Shown here piece by piece: positions 1 to 4,101 of a stretch of 4,101 nt of DNA (the stretch's first letter is position 1; each line of letters starts with the position of its first letter). The DNA lies in IMG/VR virus record IMGVR_UViG_2740892439_000015; one strand, 5' to 3'. The stretch is from a virus. Its lineage: Duplodnaviria; Heunggongvirae; Uroviricota; Caudoviricetes. A model generated the notes under the pieces. It was not told the DNA's origin and ran no database searches. It was given only the letters and a program-made list of their open reading frames with translations. The translations under genes were made by a program, and so were the position numbers.

Positions 1-67
1 GATACCCCTTTTAACGTCACCAGACCGCTAACGACGCATGTGCCAGACGCCGTGTTACAACCAAATA

Positions 68-143
68 TGGTGGCCCCTACCGGATTTGAACCGGTGACCG
101 TGCGATTATGAGTCGCCTGCTCTAACCACTGAGCTAAAGGGCC
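68..143 (-). tRNA. tRNA with CAU anticodon; tRNA-Ile2 (lysidine) type more likely than elongator Met
   Basis: Reverse complement of 68-143 folds as a 76-nt cloverleaf: acceptor GGCCCTT/AGGGGCC (one G.U), D-arm GCTC-AGTGGTTA-GAGC, anticodon arm GGCGA-CTCATAA-TCGCA, T-arm ACCGG-TTCAAAT-CCGGT, discriminator A, encoded CCA (plus-strand TGG at 68-70). The anticodon stem-loop GGCGACTCATAATCGC matches what I recall for enterobacterial tRNA-Ile2 (ileX/ileY class). G1-C72 pairing argues against initiator tRNA. Confidence 0.85.
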
Positions 144-297
144 AGATTACTGTTAATTCCGCTTACGCTTTTTGCCAGGGCCGCGTAAGGCTTTTGCTGC
201 TTGCTCGACCCCATATGCAACCACCAGCAGAAATAAAAATGTCCACCAAGGGTTCTTGTCGGCAAACGTCCAAAATTCCATCATGTTATCTATTTGG

Positions 298-1125
298 TTA
301 TTTCACCGGAACAAACGGAACAGCTGTATTACTGGTCATATACTGCGGTAGCGTTCCGTTCCATTTGTTGATCGCTTCCAACTCCATAACGCCGGGGTTC
401 TGGCGCAGAGCCTCACCGCGTAAACGAATGGCATCAGCTTCAGCCTGGGCTTTTGTGCGAATGGCATCGGCCTGCCCGGCAGCTTCTGCGCGCAGCATGT
501 TGGCTTCTGCTTCGCGTTGCTTGACTTCCTGCTCGCGTTGCAGAGTTTTCTGGTTCGCCGTGACTTTGGCATTAATGCTGTCGATAACGGTTGGCGGGTA
601 CTCCGGCTTGCCCACATATGAGAGGCTCATTACCTGAATACCGATGGGCGTCATTTCTTCCTGGATGTCTTTAAGAGCTGCATCCAGTAGTTCAGACTTG
701 CCACCGTCGATAAATTTGTCGGTGGTCATTTTGCTGGCCAGTCGGTTAAGTGCGTCGGCAATCTTCTGGCGCAGGTCGGTGTCGGTAATGTCATCCACGC
801 CTTTGCGGTAGGTCTGAAATACAGTTGTGACTTTTGCCGGATCAACCTTGTAAGCTACACCAATGTGGTAACCAATTGTTGTCCCGTCGCTCATTTGGAA
901 GCTGAACGGATCATCATAGGTCTTCATTTGCTTAAAGGTAGGGAAGATATAAACTTCTGTGTTCCAGCCTGTCCAGTAGCGACCAACGCCAACTACTTCG
1001 CCGACACCTTTATCATCCCCCAGCTTATTTACTTTGATCCCTACATTGCCTGGTTCTACCCGGTCGCATCCGGTCAGACATAAAGAACCCAAAATAATCG
1101 CTGCACTAATCAACGTTTTTTTCAT
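298..1125 (-). CDS. SPFH/band-7 (prohibitin/stomatin/HflK-C superfamily) lipoprotein, 275 aa
   Basis: Complete ORF in the supplied track. N-terminus MKKTLISAAIILGSLCLTGC is a typical lipoprotein signal peptide with an L-T-G-C lipobox. The central region resembles an SPFH domain, and the C-terminus is Ala/Glu/Gln/Arg-rich and looks coiled-coil (EQEVKQREAEANMLRAEAAGQADAIRTKAQAEADAIRLRGEAL), as in band-7 proteins. Family call is from sequence character and memory, not a search. Confidence 0.85.
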   Translation of the reverse strand: MKKTLISAAIILGSLCLTGCDRVEPGNVGIKVNKLGDDKGVGEVVGVGRYWTGWNTEVYIFPTFKQMKTYDDPFSFQMSDGTTIGYHIGVAYKVDPAKVTTVFQTYRKGVDDITDTDLRQKIADALNRLASKMTTDKFIDGGKSELLDAALKDIQEEMTPIGIQVMSLSYVGKPEYPPTVIDSINAKVTANQKTLQREQEVKQREAEANMLRAEAAGQADAIRTKAQAEADAIRLRGEALRQNPGVMELEAINKWNGTLPQYMTSNTAVPFVPVK

Positions 1126-1342
1126 TAATCAATTTCCTGGTTTTTTCACGAAAAAAGACTACTGCAAAAGCCGGGTAAATGAGCGCGAGAAGGACTCCCA
1201 ACAATACAAGTATTGTGCTGTCAGATGAGATCATATTTGGCAAAAGCCAAACATACAGAACCAGTGACACAATCAAACAGAGGACGACATAAATATATAA
1301 TCGCACCCATAGCGTTCGACATTTGTTCGGATTGTTCTGCAT
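1106..1342 (-). CDS. small membrane protein (78 aa, two predicted transmembrane helices), co-operonic with the SPFH lipoprotein
   Basis: ORF with ATG at 1342-1340 preceded on the minus strand by GGAGTGAGAGG (Shine-Dalgarno-like). Two hydrophobic segments (LWVRLYIYVVLCLIVSLVLYVWLL and ILVLLGVLLALIYPAFAVVFF). Its 3' end overlaps the SPFH start by 20 nt (1106-1125), suggesting translational coupling. Confidence 0.7.
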   Translation of the reverse strand: MQNNPNKCRTLWVRLYIYVVLCLIVSLVLYVWLLPNMISSDSTILVLLGVLLALIYPAFAVVFFREKTRKLINEKNVD

Positions 1343-1400
1343 CCTCTCACTCCATTATTTAACGAATAAAAAAGCTGCGGTGCCTGGTGCCTCCAGGTGA

Positions 1401-1423
1401 CGTTAACCAGTTAACAATTAACG
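1401..1423. promoter_or_regulatory. candidate operator: three TTAAC repeats (cgTTAACcagTTAACaaTTAACg) with flanking CGTTAA/TTAACG inverted symmetry, about 60-80 nt upstream of the operon start
   Basis: Seen directly in sequence. Position is in the presumed promoter region of the small-membrane-protein/SPFH operon. No sigma-70 -35/-10 pair could be assigned confidently. Confidence 0.25.
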
Positions 1424-1492
1424 CCGGGATGTTTGACTTAACCACTAAGGAGGATTGTTTTAACTGTTCCGCGTGCGCTTAGCCGCATTCAC

Positions 1493-1604
1493 CGCAATGG
1501 TAAGAGCACTTGGCTGGCTGGGCGGCGATGACGCCTGTACGCATTTGGTGATCCGGTTCTGCTTCCGGCATTCGCTTAATTAGCCAAATACTCTTAACGT
1601 TGCG
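1493..1604. repeat. tRNA-3'-end-associated long-stem inverted-repeat element, copy E1 (degenerate)
   Basis: Arms 1493-1513 (CGCAATGGTAAGAGCACTTGG) and 1584-1604 (CCAAATACTCTTAACGTTGCG): 17 Watson-Crick pairs, 1 T.G and 3 mismatches over 21 positions, enclosing 70 nt. The 3' arm ends 1 nt from the CCA end of the Ser-like tRNA (1606). Plus-strand flank GCATTCAC and arm core GGTAAGAGCA are shared with E2/E3. Confidence 0.6.
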
Positions 1605-1605
1605 C

Positions 1606-1692
1606 TGGCGGAGAGTAATGGAATCGAACCATCATCGCTTGCGCAATGGGACGGTTTTCAAGACCGCTTGAGCACCATGCTCCCTACTCTCC
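1606..1692 (-). tRNA. type II (long variable arm) tRNA, anticodon UGA; tRNA-Ser(UGA)-like, atypical D-region
   Basis: Reverse complement is 87 nt: acceptor GGAGAGT/ACTCTCC (7 perfect pairs), anticodon arm GCGGT-CTTGAAA-ACCGT (U33, anticodon TGA, A37), 17-nt variable region containing a 5-bp stem with GCAA tetraloop (ATTGC-GCAA-GCGAT), T-arm GATGG-TTCGATT-CCATT, discriminator G, encoded CCA. The D-region (AGG GAGC-ATGGT-GCTC AA) has 3 nt before the D-stem and a short loop, so function is uncertain. Confidence 0.6.
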
Positions 1693-1826
1693 AGTGATTG
1701 TGGCGACCGGTGCTGATCTCCGGCTTGCGGTTATTTCAGACTCTCACGGGCGTTTAATTGCCCCGCCGAACAGCTCTTTTCCGCAATAGCTGCAATGTCT
1801 TTCGCGCATCAGCCTGCGCATTCACC

Positions 1827-1918
1827 ACAATGTTGAGAACACTGGTTGTTACGCTGCAACGCAACATTTATTCGTAGATTGGGATATGACCCCGTTACGC
1901 CAGTGTTCTCAACGTTGT
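1827..1918. repeat. tRNA-3'-end-associated long-stem inverted-repeat element, copy E2
   Basis: Arms 1827-1845 and 1900-1918 pair over 19 positions with a single T.G (core GTTGAGAACACTGG / CCAGTGTTCTCAAC perfect), enclosing 54 nt. The interior has a hairpin that is U-A/G.U-paired only when read from the minus strand (TTGCG-TTGCAG-CGTAA). The 3' arm abuts the Thr-like pseudo-tRNA 3' end at 1918. Plus-strand flank GCGCATTCAC is shared with E1. Confidence 0.65.
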
Positions 1919-1982
1919 AGTGCCGGTTACGGTTCCGGCCAGGCCTCTTCCTCAACGGGGTGTTCTCCATACGGACTACCGT
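1918..1982 (-). pseudogene. pseudo-tRNA remnant, chimeric: tRNA-Thr-like 3' end joined to tRNA-Tyr-like 5' segment
   Basis: 1918-1932 TAGTGCCGGTTACGG resembles the tRNA-Thr 3' end at 2147-2162 (TGGTGCCGGTTAACGG). 1970-1980 TACGGACTACC resembles the tRNA-Tyr 5' region (TACGGACTAAC, 2298-2308). No acceptor stem or cloverleaf can be formed. Confidence 0.35.
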
Positions 1983-2058
1983 TTATTGGTCGTTCCTGCG
2001 GTTTATGTTGTGAAGCCAGATGCTTATCTTCTGGTTGCTTCTAGGAGCTGCACTTCAT

Positions 2059-2145
2059 CACAACGGTAAGAGCATTTATGGCTCGCATCGCGGGAAAAAG
2101 CCCACGGTAGAGAGTCGAACTCTACAAATGCTCTTACCTGTTGTG
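2059..2145. repeat. tRNA-3'-end-associated long-stem inverted-repeat element, copy E3
   Basis: Arms 2059-2077 (CACAACGGTAAGAGCATTT) and 2126-2145 (AAATGCTCTTACCTGTTGTG) form 19 bp with one bulged T, enclosing 48 nt. The interior has two hairpins on the minus strand: GTAGAG-TTCGACT-CTCTAC (T-arm-like loop) and CGUGGG-CUUUUU-CCCGCG (needs a G.U, so pairs only as minus-strand RNA). The 3' arm ends 1 nt from the tRNA-Thr CCA end (2147). Confidence 0.65.
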
Positions 2146-2146
2146 T

Positions 2147-2222
2147 TGGTGCCGGTTAACGGGATCGAACCGCTGACCATTCGCTTACAAAGCGACTGCT
2201 CTACCAACTGAGCTAAACCGGC
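2147..2222 (-). tRNA. tRNA-Thr (anticodon UGU)
   Basis: Reverse complement is a 76-nt cloverleaf: acceptor GCCGGTT/AACCGGC, D-arm GCTC-AGTTGGTA-GAGC, anticodon arm GTCGC-TTTGTAA-GCGAA (anticodon TGT), variable TGGTC, T-arm AGCGG-TTCGATC-CCGTT, discriminator A, encoded CCA. It differs from the housekeeping E. coli thrU sequence as I recall it. Confidence 0.85.
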
Positions 2223-2226
2223 AATT

Positions 2227-2313
2227 TGGTGGGGAGTGATGGAGTCGAACCACCCGAGTCGCAATGACAGTAGATTTACAGTCTACCCCGCTCCCCCTAC
2301 GGACTAACTCCCC
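2227..2313 (-). tRNA. tRNA-Tyr (anticodon GUA), type II with long variable arm
   Basis: Reverse complement is 87 nt: acceptor GGGGAGT/ACTCCCC, anticodon arm GTAGA-CTGTAAA-TCTAC (anticodon GTA), variable arm TGTCATTGCGACTCG, T-arm GGTGG-TTCGACT-CCATC, discriminator A, encoded CCA. The ACTGTAAATCT and GTCAT segments parallel E. coli tyrT as recalled. Only 4 nt separate it from tRNA-Thr. Confidence 0.8.
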
Positions 2314-2318
2314 TAAAT

Positions 2319-2395
2319 TGGCGATGGTGGGTGGATTCGAACCGCCGACCGACAGCTTAGAAGGCTGCTGCTCTATCCTACTGAGCTACACCATC
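2319..2395 (-). tRNA. tRNA-Arg (anticodon UCU, reads rare AGA codons)
   Basis: Reverse complement is 77 nt: acceptor GATGGTG/CACCATC, D-arm GCTC-AGTAGGATA-GAGC, anticodon arm GCAGC-CTTCTAA-GCTGT (anticodon TCT), variable CGGTC, T-arm GGCGG-TTCGAAT-CCACC (one C/A mismatch), discriminator G, encoded CCA. Same architecture as E. coli argU but divergent sequence. 5-nt spacer to tRNA-Tyr. Confidence 0.8.
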
Positions 2396-2855
2396 ACTTG
2401 CCGGGTACGTCTCCGGCGAGGGCTTCCACCTCCGTATGCTTTTCGGCGCACCGCGCCCTAGCTGCAATTCGGTAACAGGGGATGCACAACCCTGGCTTCC
2501 AGCGTGATTAGCGCCTTCAGCATGACGGGATATACCCGTTACAATAAATTCCCCCAGGATGCCATTAAGCAATGGCTGTTACGCGGGAGGGACGTAACAG
2601 GTAAGGGCGCTGACCAGAAAGACCTGACCCTTCTCATTCATCTGGTTAATCACACCAGCGCCCTTGCCTGTTATGCCTCCCCGTTCCCTAATACACAGAC
2701 GGGGACACTCTGCGGTCGATTTTTTGACGGGGGACGACTCATACCCCGTGGCGTCTGGCTTCTTAGGCCGCTACCATCATCAGATCATCGTTTGCATTTA
2801 CTTTAATGGTCGGTTTCTAAACCGCCGCAAAGTCGCTAACCATGACGAAAACCCT

Positions 2856-2879
2856 AAAAAAGCCCACCCGAAGATGGGC
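2856..2879 (-). terminator. rho-independent terminator (minus strand) with UUCG tetraloop
   Basis: Minus-strand RNA reads GCCCAUC-UUCG-GGUGGGC (7-bp stem, one G.U; stem 2862-2879) followed by UUUUUUAGGGUUUU. Coordinates cover the stem plus the first U-run (2856-2861); the U-rich tract continues to about 2848. On the plus strand the stem is preceded, not followed, by the A/T run, so it is unidirectional. Confidence 0.6.
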
Positions 2880-2898
2880 AAATACGCTACATCTCACA

Positions 2899-2977
2899 CA
2901 AGAAAGAAGCCGACTGCCTGAGCTGGATTCACTTTCAAATGCCCGCTGAAAGGGATCACAAGTCGGCTTCTTTCTTG
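2899..2977. repeat. perfect 17-bp inverted repeat (CAAGAAAGAAGCCGACT / AGTCGGCTTCTTTCTTG) with 45-nt spacer
   Basis: Arms 2899-2915 and 2961-2977 are exact reverse complements. It lies about 20 nt upstream (minus-strand sense) of the terminator at 2856-2879. No credible ORF overlaps it. Confidence 0.6.
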
Positions 2978-3182
2978 ATGCGGCACTCTCTCCGCCCGTC
3001 ACCGCTCTTTCTCGGTTGTCGCGTTTGCCACGCCAGCCATAACGAGGTTTAAAGTCTTTTCACGTTCCCATCACTCGACTGCCGTCTGTGGCTGTTCGTT
3101 GCAGCGGGGGTGCCACCCCCTGGGGATATCCCGGCCTTACCCCATTCTTTCAAGACACAATGCAAGGCCACATCCGCATAGG

Positions 3183-3270
3183 TGCATTACCGCAACATTA
3201 AGGAGACTCAGGCAAAAGGTAACCGCCACAAAAATCCCTATGCCTCCTTAATGTTGAAGATGTGCATTGA
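3183..3270. repeat. perfect 13-bp inverted repeat (CAACATTAAGGAG / CTCCTTAATGTTG, 38-nt spacer) bracketed by direct repeats GTGCATT
   Basis: Arms 3193-3205 and 3244-3256 are exact reverse complements. GTGCATTAC at 3182-3190 and GTGCATTGA at 3262-3270 flank them as direct repeats. Confidence 0.5.
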
Positions 3271-3627
3271 TGATTAGATGCAGCATGTACCGTTACTCTC
3301 TGCCGGACCATCATCAATGAACACCTTAAAAAGACCTTCCGTGGCTCAACATGTATTGTCGTTTACTCCGCAAAGTGCTCTCTCTGAAACCACTTTCCGC
3401 ACTAAACCTGTTGAACTTTGGTCTGCTCGGTGCCAAAGCGTGCTCTTGGTTTACTATACTTTTCTAACACTTTAATTTGTTAATTGCCGGTGGGTAAACA
3501 ATAACCAATAAGTGACTATCAAGCCCAGCAAGCGAAACGTGGGTACCGCCCACCAGCAAGGAAAATTCTATGTTAAGTCATCTTCACAATCAATACATTC
3601 GAATTGTGATTTTAGATTTCTAACACA

Positions 3628-4101
3628 TTATTTCCCGTAAAGATCTTCTACACCCCCATTCTTCTTATCCCATTCGTTCGCCCATACCCGGCAAGCGTCA
3701 ATGATTTCCTGACGACGATCTCCTTGCATGAACGGAATGCTTTCATGGAAACAGCTTGGAATGCAGGCCACACTGAATACAGTATCAAACTCCGTCTGCT
3801 TGATTGCCTCCAGCGTCTCCGGACGCATTTTTAATTCATCGATTGGCGCATCCTTAGAGTCCATAATCCGGCGATATAAGCGCGGAAAATCCGTCTCCAG
3901 GTACGCCATAATTTTATCTGCGAGACATTCGTCTATGTCGGTATTCCAGTCCTTTTCGAAGCCCGGCAGGCGATAGTAAAGCGGCGTTCCCCATACCGAT
4001 GGGATCACATCCATCGTTAACAGGCGATTAGTTCTGATTTGTTGATGGTAATTAGCCGTCAGCAGTGCTTCGCCACGCTGCCCAGTTTCCGCAACCAGGC
4101 C
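3628..4101 (-). CDS. hypothetical protein, C-terminal portion (gene continues beyond window end)
   Basis: Minus-strand ORF with stop at 3628-3630. The track starts it at the Met at 4014, but the same frame stays open through 4101 (my translation of the extension: GLVAETGQRGEALLTANYHQQIRTNRLLT before MDVIPS...), so the true start is probably outside the window. Acidic, soluble-looking sequence with no membrane segment; no family recognised. Confidence 0.65.
   Translation of the reverse strand, partial: GLVAETGQRGEALLTANYHQQIRTNRLLTMDVIPSVWGTPLYYRLPGFEKDWNTDIDECLADKIMAYLETDFPRLYRRIMDSKDAPIDELKMRPETLEAIKQTEFDTVFSVACIPSCFHESIPFMQGDRRQEIIDACRVWANEWDKKNGGVEDLYGK

Noticed and set aside
144-297. Hairpin CTTACGC...GCGTAAG (about 160-190) as a terminator, or a promoter for the tRNA at 68-143
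   Set aside because: The 14-nt loop and lack of a clear U-tract on the minus strand make a terminator call unsafe. A possible -10 (TTAACA) upstream of the tRNA has no convincing -35 partner.
336-617. Minus-strand ORF of 93 aa
   Set aside because: Alternative frame nested inside the SPFH gene; Arg/Lys/Ser-rich low-complexity translation, no independent start signals.
194-637. Plus-strand ORF of 147 aa in the supplied track
   Set aside because: Lies entirely antisense within the well-supported SPFH lipoprotein gene, has no ribosome-binding site, and its Ala/Ser/Arg-rich composition is typical of an antisense read of a coding region.
865-1228. Plus-strand ORFs 865-1083 and 1034-1228
   Set aside because: Antisense to the SPFH and small-membrane-protein genes, with no start signals; the overlapping minus-strand genes explain the sequence.
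1343-1400. Intrinsic terminator between the tRNA array and the small-membrane-protein gene (minus strand CCUGG-AGGCA-CCAGG followed by UUUUUU)
   Set aside because: Only a 5-bp stem, with 9 nt between the stem and the U-run. Too weak to call; it may equally be promoter-region sequence.
1827-1918. Integron attC site interpretation (GTTGAGA and TCTCAAC motifs)
   Set aside because: attC sites run inverse core (RYYYAAC) then core (GTTRRRY); here the GTT-type motif comes first and the AAC-type second on either strand, and no integrase or cassette ORFs are present.
1493-2146. CRISPR array interpretation of the three repeated elements
   Set aside because: The repeats are inverted rather than short direct repeats, spacing is irregular (about 230-330 bp), the copies differ at many positions, and tRNA genes occupy part of the intervals.
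1493-2146. Hairpin elements as rho-independent terminators of the tRNA transcripts
   Set aside because: Stems are far longer than typical terminator hairpins and none is followed by a U-tract on the minus strand.
2020-2572. ORFs 2020-2211, 2076-2264, 2264-2461 and 2378-2572
   Set aside because: They run through the tRNA-Thr/Tyr/Arg genes and hairpin element E3. The translations are artefacts of structured RNA sequence (for example LTIRLQSDCSTN spans tRNA-Thr).
2504-3002. ORFs 2504-2806 (+), 2664-2921 (+) and 2817-3002 (-)
   Set aside because: No ribosome-binding sites, mutually overlapping, composition not protein-like, and they span the intrinsic terminator and the 17-bp inverted repeat. 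A frameshifted pseudogene cannot be fully excluded without blastx.
3278-3475. Plus-strand ORF of 65 aa
   Set aside because: No Shine-Dalgarno sequence upstream of either in-frame ATG; Ser/Leu/Thr-rich and not convincingly protein-like.
3539-3620. Short hairpins after the stop of the minus-strand ORF (GTGGG-TACCG-CCCAC at 3540-3554; TCACAAT...ATTGTGA at 3586-3613) as its terminator
   Set aside because: Neither has a proper U-tract on the minus strand; the AT-rich 7-bp dyad is followed by T-rich sequence only on the plus strand. Left uncalled.
2398-3627. Known large ncRNAs (tmRNA, RNase P RNA, group II intron domain V, retron msr/msd)
   Set aside because: No match to the conserved 5'/3' ends or core motifs of these RNAs as I recall them, and no reverse-transcriptase ORF nearby. 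Only a covariance-model scan could settle this.
3728-3976. Plus-strand ORF of 82 aa
   Set aside because: Antisense inside the longer minus-strand ORF that continues to the window edge.

Overview
This 4.1-kb window is almost entirely transcribed from the minus strand and looks like accessory (horizontally acquired) DNA from an enterobacterial-type genome; all structures below were folded by eye, not computed. It contains: (1) a tRNA with a CAU anticodon (Ile2/Met type) at 68-143; (2) a two-gene operon (1342 to 298) for a small two-helix membrane protein and an SPFH/band-7 lipoprotein; (3) a compact minus-strand tRNA array, Arg(UCU)-Tyr(GUA)-Thr(UGU) with 4-5 nt spacers, plus an atypical long-variable-arm Ser(UGA)-like tRNA; (4) three related 87-112 bp long-stem inverted-repeat elements, each starting within 0-1 nt of a tRNA 3' end, plus a chimeric pseudo-tRNA remnant; (5) a roughly 1.2-kb stretch with no convincing ORF, carrying a minus-strand intrinsic terminator and two perfect inverted repeats; (6) the 3' part of a minus-strand ORF of unknown function that runs off the window. 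The tRNA-linked hairpin family is the most unusual content: its stems differ between copies but stay complementary, and it matches no repeat class I recognise. Organism, family assignments and any claim of novelty need database searches I cannot run.
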